A stretch of 64,000 bases of DNA from a virus, in IMG/VR virus record IMGVR_UViG_3300023174_000002, positions 1 to 64,000 of that record, one strand, 5' to 3'. This document shows positions 17,219 to 27,142 of the stretch, in pieces. Made by a program: the position numbers and the translations under genes. The notes beneath the pieces are model-generated. The model was not told where the DNA came from. It saw nothing but the letters and a program-made list of their open reading frames with translations, and did not search any database. Position 1 is the first letter of the stretch; every line of letters begins with the position of its first letter.

Positions 17219-17854
17219 ATGGCACTTAGCTTTAAGCAAACAAAAGGTCGCGCACAAAAATCTTCAGTTGAAAGCTACGAATACAAAGACGGCGAGAATG
17301 TTGTCCGATTGATTGGCGGTGTACTACCCCGTTATGTATATTGGGTTCGTGGTACTAACAACAAAGATATTCCTGTAGAGTGTCTTGCGTTTAGCCGTGA
17401 CAAAGAGAAATTTGACAACTTGGAAAAAGATTGGGTTCCTGAATTTCACCCTGATCTCAAGTGCTCGTGGAGCTATGCAGTTAACTGTATTGACCCTAAG
17501 GACGGAAAAGTCAAAGTTCTTAACCTAAAAAAGAAACTTTTTGAACAAATTATTACAGCAGCAGAAGATCTTGGTGATCCTACCGATCCTGAGACTGGTT
17601 GGGATGTAGTATTTAAACGAGTAAAAACTGGGCCTCTTACCTATAACGTGGAATACACACTGCAAGTTTTGCGTTGTAAGCCCCGTAAGCTAACTGCTCA
17701 GGAACTTGAATTGGCCGCAAAAGCACTGCCTATTGATGAAAAATATCCTCGTGCAAACCCTGATGAAGTAAAAGCATTGCTGGAAAAACTTCAAGCTGGT
17801 GTAGAAGAAGAAAATTCTCAAAGCGAACAAGAAGCCGTAAAAGAGCTAGGTTAA
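17219..17854 (+). CDS. Single-stranded DNA-binding protein (T5 D11)
   Basis: VRLIGGVLPRYVYW, LGDPTDPETGWD, acidic C-terminus. Confidence 0.85.
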   Translation: MALSFKQTKGRAQKSSVESYEYKDGENVVRLIGGVLPRYVYWVRGTNNKDIPVECLAFSRDKEKFDNLEKDWVPEFHPDLKCSWSYAVNCIDPKDGKVKVLNLKKKLFEQIITAAEDLGDPTDPETGWDVVFKRVKTGPLTYNVEYTLQVLRCKPRKLTAQELELAAKALPIDEKYPRANPDEVKALLEKLQAGVEEENSQSEQEAVKELG

Positions 17855-17860
17855 ACAACA

Positions 17861-17895
17861 AGCCCGCTAAGGTATTTGCTTTAGCGGGCTATTTT
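17861..17895 (+). terminator. Rho-independent terminator
   Basis: AGCCCGCTAA/TTAGCGGGCT plus ATTTT. Confidence 0.8.
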
Positions 17896-17907
17896 GTCTG
17901 GTATAAC

Positions 17908-18861
17908 ATGAACATATTATTTACAGCAGATATACACATAAAACTGGGTCAAAAAAACGTCCCGGTTGATTGGGCTAAAAACAGATTTCAGTTATTTATT
18001 GAACAGTTTCAAAAAATGCAACGGCACGCTAACTTAGTAGTTTTAGGCGGGGATATATTTGACAGACTTCCAACTATGGATGAGGTTGAGCTATACTTTG
18101 ACCTAATTGCTAGTATTGATATAGAGTGTATTGTCTACCCAGGCAATCACGAAATGCTTAAAAAAGACACTACATTCTTAAGCTATTTAAAACGTGCTAC
18201 TACTAGGATCAATCCACTAGTAACTATTGTAGATGATTTCTATACCAGACACGGTATTGATTTTATACCCTACAATAAGCTAAAAGAACTGGAAACTACC
18301 AAGTACACCTTTAATGAAAAGATTTTGTGTACTCATGTTCGTGGCGAAATTCCACCACACGTTAAACCAGAAATTGATCTAGCACTATTTGATCGCTGGC
18401 AAAAAGTACTAGCAGGAGATTTACACAGTTATGAAAACTCACAAAGAAATATTATATATCCAGGCAGCCCTTATACTACTAGCTTTCATCGTAACAGGGT
18501 TGATACGGGCGCTGTTTTATTAGAAACAAAAAATTTAACACACGTTTGGATGCCATTTCAACTTCCGCAGCTTATTAAGCAAACTATAGGTGTGCACGAC
18601 CCTAAACCGCAAACGCTGTTCGATCACACAATCTATGAAATTGAGGGTGATTTACACGAACTAGGGCAGTTGGAAGATAGCGATCTTATTGATAAAAAGG
18701 TAGTTAAACGCGCACAGGAAACTCAGCTAATTCTAGATCCAGAACTTAGCCTAGGCGAAGAAGTCAAAGAATATTTAACCTATATTCTACAACTTAATGA
18801 GGACGCAGTTTCAGAAACACTAAAAGAATTTTACAATTACTCGGACAAGCTAGAACTATGA
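17908..18861 (+). CDS. SbcD/Mre11-like nuclease (T5 D12)
   Basis: ADIH, GGDIFD, GNHE, GDLH, YPGS phosphoesterase motifs. Confidence 0.93.
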   Translation: MNILFTADIHIKLGQKNVPVDWAKNRFQLFIEQFQKMQRHANLVVLGGDIFDRLPTMDEVELYFDLIASIDIECIVYPGNHEMLKKDTTFLSYLKRATTRINPLVTIVDDFYTRHGIDFIPYNKLKELETTKYTFNEKILCTHVRGEIPPHVKPEIDLALFDRWQKVLAGDLHSYENSQRNIIYPGSPYTTSFHRNRVDTGAVLLETKNLTHVWMPFQLPQLIKQTIGVHDPKPQTLFDHTIYEIEGDLHELGQLEDSDLIDKKVVKRAQETQLILDPELSLGEEVKEYLTYILQLNEDAVSETLKEFYNYSDKLEL

Positions 18862-20654
18862 TAACACTAAAAGAACTACGCTGGTCTAATGCTTTTAGTT
18901 ATGGTGAGAACAATAGGATTGATTTTACACAAAGTCCACTTACTCAGCTTGTGGGTAAAAATGGACATGGTAAAAGCAGTGTTGCATTAATACTAGAAGA
19001 AGTCCTATTCAACAAGAATAGTAAAGGCATTAAAAAAGGCGATATTTTAAATCGTTATATTAAAGACAAACACTATCAAATTGAACTTGTATTTGATAAA
19101 GACGGCTGCGAATATAGGATTGAAACAAAGCGCGGCACACAACAACAAGTAAAACTTTATAAAGGCCTAGAAGATATTAGTGGACATACAGCCACTACTA
19201 CCTATAAACTTGTAGAACAGTTAATTGGTATTGATCACAAAACCTTTTCACAAATTGTTTATCAAAGCCATGCAGGTAGTCTAGAGTTTTTAACTAGTGC
19301 TGATACTGCTAGAAAGAAGTTTTTAATTGAACTACTTAATTTAGGCAAATATACTCAGGCTGGAGAAGTATTTAAGCAAGCAGCAGCGGAAGTAGGTAAA
19401 GACCTTGCACAAGCACAAGCTAAGTTAGATACTATTCAGCAGTGGATTAATAAGTATAGTAAAACAAGTTTTGAAGCAAAAGGCTATACTCCAGTATCCA
19501 TTTTAGACGATAGTCTAGTTGCAGAAGCTAGTAGACTATCGACTACTATTCAGGATATTGAAAAAACTAATAAAAAAATTACGCAAAATAATACTTATAA
19601 ACAGTTAAAAGATAAAATCAATTTATTGCCATTGCCACATAAACCTGATGGCGATATAAGCGTGTCAATAACTAAAAAAGCTGAGTACGATAAAACTATA
19701 CAAGATGCAACCATGTTTAAAAAGAAAATGGAAACATTGCATGGTAATTGTCCAACGTGTTTACAAACTATTGATGAAACAAAAACTAAAAATTTAATCA
19801 CAGAGCAAGATGGGATTGTTTTAGTTGCTAAAGCGCAAGGCGAACGAGAAACTAAACGTATTAAAGAATACAATGACCAACTTAACAGTTGGAATATTGC
19901 AAAACGCAATCAAGAAGAGTGGGAAAAGTACCATCAATTAATAGATACAGAATTGCCAGATAGTCTATTAGATGAAGCAATATTACAAAAACAATTAAAA
20001 GATTTGCAGCAACAAATAGCAAAAACAAAACAAGATATTGCCAATGCAGAAAAATATAATCAAGAAGTAACAGTCCATAATAATCGACTAGAATTGATTA
20101 AATCACAAATAGTTGAAATGGAAGTAGAACTTGATGAGTGGACTGCAAAAGCAAAACAATTAACTGCAAAATTAAATACTGTTAATACTTTAGTGAAAAC
20201 ATTTAGTACAACAGGATTAGTAGCGTATAAAATTGAAAATCTTGTTAAAGACCTAGAAGGCATCAGTAATGAGTATCTAGGCGAACTTAGTGGTGGCAGA
20301 TTCCAAATCAGTTTTCAAATTAGTGGTAGTGATAAATTAAATGTTATTATTACTGATAATGGAATAGATATTGATATACTTGCGCTTAGTGGCGGTGAAC
20401 GAGCCAGAGTTAATGTGGCAACATTATTAGCAATTCGTAAACTAATGCAAAGTTTAAGTCAAAGCAGGATAAATCTATTAGTTTTGGATGAAACTATAGA
20501 AGCCTTAGATGTAGATGGTAAGGAGAAATTAATTGAAGTCTTACTTAAAGAAGAATCTCTCAATACTATCCTCGTTAGTCACGGATTCAGCCACCCCTTA
20601 TTGGAAAAGGTACACGTTGTTAAACGAAACAACATTTCTAAAATCGAGGGATAA
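18858..20654 (+). CDS. SbcC/Rad50-like ATPase (T5 D13)
   Basis: GKNGHGKS, CPTC zinc hook, LSGGE, LDE, SH motifs. Confidence 0.94.
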   Translation: MITLKELRWSNAFSYGENNRIDFTQSPLTQLVGKNGHGKSSVALILEEVLFNKNSKGIKKGDILNRYIKDKHYQIELVFDKDGCEYRIETKRGTQQQVKLYKGLEDISGHTATTTYKLVEQLIGIDHKTFSQIVYQSHAGSLEFLTSADTARKKFLIELLNLGKYTQAGEVFKQAAAEVGKDLAQAQAKLDTIQQWINKYSKTSFEAKGYTPVSILDDSLVAEASRLSTTIQDIEKTNKKITQNNTYKQLKDKINLLPLPHKPDGDISVSITKKAEYDKTIQDATMFKKKMETLHGNCPTCLQTIDETKTKNLITEQDGIVLVAKAQGERETKRIKEYNDQLNSWNIAKRNQEEWEKYHQLIDTELPDSLLDEAILQKQLKDLQQQIAKTKQDIANAEKYNQEVTVHNNRLELIKSQIVEMEVELDEWTAKAKQLTAKLNTVNTLVKTFSTTGLVAYKIENLVKDLEGISNEYLGELSGGRFQISFQISGSDKLNVIITDNGIDIDILALSGGERARVNVATLLAIRKLMQSLSQSRINLLVLDETIEALDVDGKEKLIEVLLKEESLNTILVSHGFSHPLLEKVHVVKRNNISKIEG

Positions 20655-20658
20655 TAAT

Positions 20659-20937
20659 ATGTATAAAATCGAACACGTAATCAATGCTAAAGCTACTGCT
20701 GTTGTAGCTGGCAGAGAAACTGAACTTTTTGTTGGTGATACAATTACTGAAGATCAGCTTGCTACATTAAAAGTATATGGCGATAAGCTAATTTATAGGA
20801 TTGATCAAAACTGTACTGGAGAAGTATGTGGGGTTGATATTGAGGCATTTTTGCCACAACCTTCCACAGTTTATGCAGAACCAGAAGAGTCGCCACCAAT
20901 TCCGCCAACTATTACAGATGCACTACTTAAGAAGTAA
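20659..20937 (+). CDS. Hypothetical protein
   Basis: GAGG SD before ATG 20659; lies between D13 and D14. Confidence 0.6.
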   Translation: MYKIEHVINAKATAVVAGRETELFVGDTITEDQLATLKVYGDKLIYRIDQNCTGEVCGVDIEAFLPQPSTVYAEPEESPPIPPTITDALLKK

Positions 20938-21395
20938 TGGTAGACTCTAGGGCTAAAGGCGCTAGAACTGAATTAGTAATCAGGGATCTTCTCAGAAAAT
21001 ATACCCGTTTGGGATGGGAGAGGGTTCCTGGTTCGGGTGCACTAGATGAAAAACATGGATTAAAAGGTGATCTTTACATCCCTAACTGTAACAACATATT
21101 TTGTGTTGAGGCCAAGGGATACGCAGATGATCATTTAACTAGCGCTGTATTAACATCTAAGTCACCACAACTACTAGAATTTTGGCAACAAACTTTACGT
21201 CAAGCAAAACAAGTAAATAAACTACCATTACTGATCTTTAAGCATGATCGTAGTAAAATATTTGTAGCGTTTAGCAGTGATTATTGCATACCAGAAACTT
21301 ATAATCACTTCTATATATCAAGAGATCCTTATAGTTTTTATGTTTCGCTACTTGAAGATTGGTTGACATATGAGCGACCAGAATTTGTCACTTGA
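20937..21395 (+). CDS. T5 D14-like PD-(D/E)xK nuclease / Holliday junction resolvase
   Basis: SRAKGARTE, RVPGSGA, KGDL, VEAK motifs. Confidence 0.87.
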   Translation: MVDSRAKGARTELVIRDLLRKYTRLGWERVPGSGALDEKHGLKGDLYIPNCNNIFCVEAKGYADDHLTSAVLTSKSPQLLEFWQQTLRQAKQVNKLPLLIFKHDRSKIFVAFSSDYCIPETYNHFYISRDPYSFYVSLLEDWLTYERPEFVT

Positions 21396-21420
21396 CTAAT
21401 CACTAAAATTTTAGTATAAT
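21392..21420 (+). promoter_or_regulatory. Sigma70-type promoter
   Basis: TTGACT-17nt-TATAAT. Confidence 0.8.
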
Positions 21421-21425
21421 ACTAG

Positions 21426-21722
21426 ATGAAAAATATTTTAATAAAGCCAACCTTAGACTGGATATATCATGATTTTAAATCCAATCGTTATCGGTTTATT
21501 ATGGAGCTGGTTGCTTGGACTCTTAGTATTGGGTGTGCTGCTATCATGGCTGGAACAGTACCAAACCCTCCACTTATGGCTCTTTATCCCGCTTGGATTA
21601 CTGGTTGTACTATTTATGCCTGGTGTGCTTGGTCTAGGCGCTCATTTGGTATGCTGGCTAACTACCTCCTGCTTGTCTCCATTGACGCATTTGGCTTTAT
21701 AAGGTTAATAACTACAGGATAA
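21426..21722 (+). CDS. Small three-helix membrane protein
   Basis: Three hydrophobic segments; ATG only 5 nt after the -10 box. Confidence 0.7.
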   Translation: MKNILIKPTLDWIYHDFKSNRYRFIMELVAWTLSIGCAAIMAGTVPNPPLMALYPAWITGCTIYAWCAWSRRSFGMLANYLLLVSIDAFGFIRLITTG

Positions 21723-21723
21723 T

Positions 21724-22572
21724 ATGAGTAAAACATTTCAACAAGTCTCAGAACAAGAAAACTGCTTGATGGTAGTAGATGCACTTAATTTAGCATTTCG
21801 CTGGAAACATAGTGGTGCTACAGATTTTGCAGAAGATTATAAACGCACAATAGAAAGTCTTAAAAAAAGTTATAAAGCTCGCTGGGTTGTTATTGCGGCA
21901 GATCAAGGCTCCAGTAGTTATCGCAAAGAAATTTATCCTGAATACAAGCAAAATCGCAAAGATAAATTTGCTGAACAAACTGAAGCAGAAAAAGCAGCTT
22001 TTGAATTGTTCTTTGAAGATTATCAGGCTAGTTTAGATCACATTCGTGAAACTACAGATTACCCTGTAATTCAATTTAAACAAACTGAGGCAGATGATAT
22101 TGCTGCATATATTACTAGTATTCGTAATCTGTTACCTGTTGTTGATCATATCTGGCTGATTTCAAGCGATAAAGACTGGGATTTGCTTATTGACAATAAT
22201 ACTAGTAGATTTAGTTATGTAACTCGCAAAGAAGTTACCGCTAATAATTGGCACACACACTATACTTTTTCACAGGAAGATTATATTAGTATAAAATGTT
22301 TAATGGGTGATGCTGGTGATAACGTGCTAGGTGTAGAAGGTATTGGCCCTAAACGCGCACAACAATTAGTTGAGGAATACGGCACCGCAATAGACATAGT
22401 GGCAGAACTACCTATTGAAAGTAAACTAAAGTATATTAAAACACTAAATCAAAGTGGGGATAGAATTTTACTCAACTACCAACTTATGGATTTAGTCACC
22501 TTTTGCAGGGATGCACTTGGTGATAATACTAAACAAATTGACACAATCTTAAACAAATATATAAAATTATGA
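21724..22572 (+). CDS. Flap endonuclease / 5'-3' exonuclease (T5 D15)
   Basis: VDALN, YKQNR, EADD, SSDKD, GDAGDNVLGVEGIGPK motifs. Confidence 0.95.
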   Translation: MSKTFQQVSEQENCLMVVDALNLAFRWKHSGATDFAEDYKRTIESLKKSYKARWVVIAADQGSSSYRKEIYPEYKQNRKDKFAEQTEAEKAAFELFFEDYQASLDHIRETTDYPVIQFKQTEADDIAAYITSIRNLLPVVDHIWLISSDKDWDLLIDNNTSRFSYVTRKEVTANNWHTHYTFSQEDYISIKCLMGDAGDNVLGVEGIGPKRAQQLVEEYGTAIDIVAELPIESKLKYIKTLNQSGDRILLNYQLMDLVTFCRDALGDNTKQIDTILNKYIKL

Positions 22573-23060
22573 TACCTACTGTTAATGGCGGCACATTTTA
22601 TACACATACAGGTAACGGAAACGGTTTTGTTACTCATACTGTTAAAATTCCTAGTCTAGTCAACGACCATAAATTTTTACCAAAACGTCAACATCGCACA
22701 GATGCCGGAGCAGATTTATTTAGTACAATTACTACTAGTATTTCTCCTGGCGAACAAACACTAATAGATTGTGGCGTGGCTGTTAAAATTCCAGAAGGTT
22801 ATGCTGGATTTGTTTTTAATCGTAGCTCACAAGGTAAATTGGGAATTACTATTCCGCATAGTGTTGGAGTAATTGACAGCGATTATCGTGGAAATATTAT
22901 GGTTATCCTAAAAAATATAGGAACTGAACCATACAGGATTGAGGCGGGAGTAACCCGAGTTGCACAACTAGTAATTATGCCTGTGGTATTGGCAGAATTT
23001 GTAGATGTGTGGAATGATACACAACGTGGTACTGGCGGATTTGGCAGTACAGGAGCATAA
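22569..23060 (+). CDS. dut: Trimeric dUTPase
   Basis: DAGADL, RSS, GVIDSDYRG, AQL, RGTGGFGSTG motifs. Confidence 0.96.
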   Translation: MIPTVNGGTFYTHTGNGNGFVTHTVKIPSLVNDHKFLPKRQHRTDAGADLFSTITTSISPGEQTLIDCGVAVKIPEGYAGFVFNRSSQGKLGITIPHSVGVIDSDYRGNIMVILKNIGTEPYRIEAGVTRVAQLVIMPVVLAEFVDVWNDTQRGTGGFGSTGA

Positions 23061-23068
23061 GGAATAAT

Positions 23069-25033
23069 ATGACAGTTTCAACAAGAGCACAAGTAATTAC
23101 ACGTCGTACCTATAATAGACCAACTTCAGACGACGGAAAACAATTTGAAACTTGGCAAGAAACAGTTGCTAGAGTAATTGATCATCAAGCATGGTTGTGG
23201 GAACGTGCTCTTGGCCGTGAACTCAATGACCATGAATATGCAGAACTCTATGATTTAGAACAGTTAATGCTTGATCGTAAAGTTTTAATGAGCGGCCGTA
23301 CACTTTGGCTAGGCGGTACTCAAGTAGCTAAAACACGTGAAGCTAGTCAATTTAATTGCAGTTTTACTCATGTAGAAACTGTTTATGATGTAGTTGATGT
23401 ACTCTGGCTGCTTTTACAAGGTTGTGGTGTAGGCTTTAAACCTATTGTAGGTACTCTTAATGGATTCTCCAAACCAATTAAGAATATCAAAACAATTCGC
23501 AGTATACGCACAAGCAAAGGCGGACTAGAGTACAATACGGAAACTTGGGATGCAGAAACTAAAACTTGGACATTACAAATCGGTGACAGTGCGGAAGCTT
23601 GGGCTAAATCTATTGGCAAACTTATGGCTGGTAAGTATCCCGCTGATACTCTAGTTCTGGATTTTAGCCAGCTACGTCCCGCAGGTGAAAGGTTAAAAGG
23701 TTATGGGTGGATTTCTTCAGGTGATACTGCTATTAGTACTGCATATACTGCTATTGCCAATATCCTTAATGGTAGGGCTGATAGTCTACTTACTAGGATG
23801 GATATTCTGGACATTGTTAATCATCTCGGGACTATCCTTAGTAGTCGTAGAAGTGCTGAAATTGCTCTTTTTGACTATGGTCAACCCGAATGGGAAGAGT
23901 TTGCGGTAGCTAAAAAAGATTGGTGGTTGCATAATAACGAACACCGTACGCAAAGCAATAATTCATTAGTGTTTAAAGAAAAGCCGCTGCGCGAAGATCT
24001 AGAAAAGATTTTTCATCTTATGCAGGAAGCAGGCGGTTCGGAGCCAGGTTTTATTAATGAAGTAGAAGCACTGCGCAGAGCACCTTGGTTTAAAGGTGCA
24101 AATCCTTGTGTAGAAATTCTCTTAGGCAACAAGAGTTTTTGTAACCTAACAGAAACTGACTTGGCTAAGTTTAAGGGTGATAATGCAGGACTTCACGCTG
24201 CTATTCGCCTAGCTGCTCGTGCCAATTATCGTCAAACTTGTGTTGACTTGCAAGACGGTATCTTACAAGAATCTTGGCACCTAAACAACTATTTTATGCG
24301 TCTTTGTGGTGTAGGTTTAACTGGTATTGCAATGCGTCCAGATATGGGTAGTTATGACTACGAATATCTAAAACGCACAGCAACTAGTGCTGCGGTTGGA
24401 ATGGCTCAAGAACTTGGACTGCCCAGCCCTAAAAACGTAACTTGCATTAAGCCTAGTGGTACAGTTAGTAAAATTATGGATACGACCGAGGGTGTTCATA
24501 AACCACTTGGTAAATACATTTTTAATAATGTACAGTTTTCTAAGCACGATCCGGTTGTAGAAAAACTACGGGATGCAAACTACAATGTTATTAATCATCC
24601 AGTAGATGATAGTGGTGTGTTGGTAACTTTTCCAGTATGCTGGGATGGTGTAGTATTTGATAAAGTCGATGGCAAAGAAGTTAACTTGGAAAGCGCAGTT
24701 ATACAACTAGACAGGTATAAATTGTTACAAACTTCGTGGAATCAACAAAATACTAGCGTAACTATTAGCTATGATCCTAGCGAAATTAATAGTATTATTG
24801 ATTGGCTAATGGATAACTGGGATTGTTATGTAGGTGTTAGTTTTATTTATCGCACAGATCCTACAAAAACAGCTAAAGATCTAGGTTACCTCTACTTGCC
24901 ACAAGAAGTTGTAGACGAGCGCACTTACCGAGACTATGCAGCTCAATTACGACCAGTTGTACTAGACGATGCTAATAGTTTTGATGAAATTATTGGTGAA
25001 GACTGCTCTACTGGCGCTTGCCCAATTAGGTAA
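23069..25033 (+). CDS. nrdJ: Class II (adenosylcobalamin-dependent) ribonucleotide reductase
   Basis: FNC, GCGVGF, RRSAEI, ANPCVEI, FCNLTE, KPSGT, C-terminal CSTGACPIR; no small-subunit gene adjacent. Confidence 0.92.
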   Translation: MTVSTRAQVITRRTYNRPTSDDGKQFETWQETVARVIDHQAWLWERALGRELNDHEYAELYDLEQLMLDRKVLMSGRTLWLGGTQVAKTREASQFNCSFTHVETVYDVVDVLWLLLQGCGVGFKPIVGTLNGFSKPIKNIKTIRSIRTSKGGLEYNTETWDAETKTWTLQIGDSAEAWAKSIGKLMAGKYPADTLVLDFSQLRPAGERLKGYGWISSGDTAISTAYTAIANILNGRADSLLTRMDILDIVNHLGTILSSRRSAEIALFDYGQPEWEEFAVAKKDWWLHNNEHRTQSNNSLVFKEKPLREDLEKIFHLMQEAGGSEPGFINEVEALRRAPWFKGANPCVEILLGNKSFCNLTETDLAKFKGDNAGLHAAIRLAARANYRQTCVDLQDGILQESWHLNNYFMRLCGVGLTGIAMRPDMGSYDYEYLKRTATSAAVGMAQELGLPSPKNVTCIKPSGTVSKIMDTTEGVHKPLGKYIFNNVQFSKHDPVVEKLRDANYNVINHPVDDSGVLVTFPVCWDGVVFDKVDGKEVNLESAVIQLDRYKLLQTSWNQQNTSVTISYDPSEINSIIDWLMDNWDCYVGVSFIYRTDPTKTAKDLGYLYLPQEVVDERTYRDYAAQLRPVVLDDANSFDEIIGEDCSTGACPIR

Positions 25034-25037
25034 TAAT

Positions 25038-25238
25038 ATGTCACAAGAATTTACTTTTACAATTACTAAAGAGGAAGCTAATGTAATCCTAGTAGCATTA
25101 CAAGAACTTCCAGGAAAAATTTGTAATCCACTTAGCGAAAAATTGCGAAAGCAAGCGCTATCACAACTAGAAGGCCGTGTGATTCATCACAATATTGAGG
25201 AAGGCATTGCTGTTGAAGAGCGCATGAGTGGTGGGTAA
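25038..25238 (+). CDS. Small hypothetical protein
   Basis: AGG SD, ATG at 25038. Confidence 0.6.
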   Translation: MSQEFTFTITKEEANVILVALQELPGKICNPLSEKLRKQALSQLEGRVIHHNIEEGIAVEERMSGG

Positions 25239-25804
25239 TGCAAAAAACAATTTTATCGTTGTTTGACTACAGCGGTAATTGGCCCAAATACTACAAAGAA
25301 GCTGGTTACAATGTACTACAAGTAGATATTAAATATGGTATTGATATACTAAAAATATCTGCTAGAGATTTGCCTAATCAAATACACGGTATTTTAGCTG
25401 CTCCGCCCTGCACAGATTTTGCAGGTAGCGGAGCACAATACTGGAAACAAAAAGACCAAGACGGAAGAACTGATGCTAGCCTAAAACTAGTAGACAAAGT
25501 TTTGCAAATGGTAGATTACTACAATCCAGAATTCTGGGCACTGGAAAATCCAGTAGGCAGATTGCAAAAACTTAGGCCTCAATTGGGTGATCCTTGGTAT
25601 TTTCAACCGCACTGGTTTGGTGATCCTTATACCAAGAAAACTGGATTGTGGGGCAAATTTAACCGTGACTTGCCTAAAACTCCGGTTGAGCCCGACCCTA
25701 ATTCATGGATAATGAAACTGGGTGGCAAGTCGGAACGAACTAAAGAATTACGATCAATGACACCGCTAGGGTTTGCTTTTGCATTTTTCCTAGCTAATCC
25801 ATAG
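25238..25804 (+). CDS. Short DNA cytosine-C5 methyltransferase-like protein
   Basis: ILSLFDYSG (variant motif I), APPCTDF (catalytic PC), LENP (motif VI). Confidence 0.78.
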   Translation: MQKTILSLFDYSGNWPKYYKEAGYNVLQVDIKYGIDILKISARDLPNQIHGILAAPPCTDFAGSGAQYWKQKDQDGRTDASLKLVDKVLQMVDYYNPEFWALENPVGRLQKLRPQLGDPWYFQPHWFGDPYTKKTGLWGKFNRDLPKTPVEPDPNSWIMKLGGKSERTKELRSMTPLGFAFAFFLANP

Positions 25805-25812
25805 GAGATTAT

Positions 25813-26394
25813 ATGGCAGAAACTTATACACCTACAAGCGGCATGGCAAGCGCAGCTAAACGTGCGCTTGCGTGGCATGAAGATGGTAAACCTGGTGGTA
25901 CACTAGTAGGTTTAGCTCGTGCTAATCAACTTAAAAATCGTGAGCCATTAAGTGCTAGTGTAGTACTTAGAATGTTTAGCTTTTTTAGCCGACACGAAGT
26001 AGATAAACGTGCAACTGGTTTTAATAGTGGCGAAGAAGGCTTTCCAAGTAAAGGTAGGGTAGCTTGGGATTTGTGGGGTGGTGATGGTGGTTATACTTGG
26101 TCTGAGCAAAAACGCAATCAAATTATGCGAGATCGCGAAGGCAAAGCTATTAAACTAGTCAAAATTACTACAAAATCTGAAATGCCTGATTATATGCTTA
26201 ATGCAATGGCTCAATACCTAGAAGATTACGCTAATCAAAATATTAGTGAAAGTTTAGAAACATTTGGTCAGTTTATGTATCACGCTCAGCTATTACGCAA
26301 CTGTCACCTAGATACTTACTTACTAGATTTGCATATGGTTGAACAACCATACAGAGATATTCTAGTAGATGTATTTATGGAATTAGATGAATAA
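25813..26394 (+). CDS. Conserved phage hypothetical protein
   Basis: GGTxVGxARAxQL...RMxSFFxRH...VAWxLWGGD motif, recalled from other phage proteins. Confidence 0.6.
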   Translation: MAETYTPTSGMASAAKRALAWHEDGKPGGTLVGLARANQLKNREPLSASVVLRMFSFFSRHEVDKRATGFNSGEEGFPSKGRVAWDLWGGDGGYTWSEQKRNQIMRDREGKAIKLVKITTKSEMPDYMLNAMAQYLEDYANQNISESLETFGQFMYHAQLLRNCHLDTYLLDLHMVEQPYRDILVDVFMELDE

Positions 26395-26395
26395 T

Positions 26396-26434
26396 AAAAA
26401 AGCCCCTTAGTAGCAATACTAAGGGGCTTTTTTT
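26396..26434. terminator. Bidirectional terminator where the two transcription units converge
   Basis: AAAAAAGCCCCTTAGTA-GCAA-TACTAAGGGGCTTTTTT perfect hairpin. Confidence 0.92.
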
Positions 26435-27122
26435 AATTATTATAGGCTAAAATAATTTGTTTGCACATTTGACTGCGTACAATATCTTCGTCTAAAAATC
26501 TAACTACTTCAATATTTTTTAAACCTTCTAGTCGGTTGACTGCATCTTCTAATCCGCTGTCTATAATATCTACTTGTTTAGGGTCACCGCTTAGGATAAC
26601 TTTGCAGTTTTTACCTATACGGCTTAGCAGCATTTTTAACTCTATTTTAGTCAAATTTTGCGCTTCGTCTACTAAAATTACAGTATCGTCAAAGCTACTA
26701 CCACGCATAAAACCTATTGGTTTAGGCTCGATATTTTTATTTTTTAGTGCATATTGATAAAAACCGTGACCTAGTGTGCGGTTAAATACACTGTCAAAAG
26801 GCGCTAAATACGGAGCATATTTTTCATCAATAGCACCAGGTAAAAATCCCATACCGCGGCCGGTTTCTACGTTGGGTCTAGTAAGAACAATTTTATCAAT
26901 GCGTTTATAGAATAATTCGCAAGCAGCATAACTAGCGGCAACGTATGTTTTTCCTGTTCCTGCACTGCCAATTCCAAAAACTACGTCGCTGTTGTGTATT
27001 GCTTCAAGATAAATACCTTGAATATAATTAAGTGGTTTAACCTCAGTAAAAGTAGTTTTACTGGGCTTTTCAGATTTTTCGGATTTATCTTCGCGTGAAG
27101 CTTTACCAGAAGAAGGTTTCAT
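26433..27122 (-). CDS. phoH: PhoH-family ATPase
   Basis: GSAGTGKT, LTRP, GFLPG, FMRGSS, DEAQN, GDPKQ, DIVRS motifs. Confidence 0.95.
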   Translation of the reverse strand: MKPSSGKASREDKSEKSEKPSKTTFTEVKPLNYIQGIYLEAIHNSDVVFGIGSAGTGKTYVAASYAACELFYKRIDKIVLTRPNVETGRGMGFLPGAIDEKYAPYLAPFDSVFNRTLGHGFYQYALKNKNIEPKPIGFMRGSSFDDTVILVDEAQNLTKIELKMLLSRIGKNCKVILSGDPKQVDIIDSGLEDAVNRLEGLKNIEVVRFLDEDIVRSQMCKQIILAYNN

Positions 27123-27142
27123 AGAAATCCCTGTGTGTTGTT

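Noticed and set aside
10417-25033. Inteins, introns or homing endonucleases in helicase, polymerase or RNR
   Set aside because: Protein lengths are normal, motifs are contiguous, and no HNH, GIY-YIG or LAGLIDADG ORF was seen
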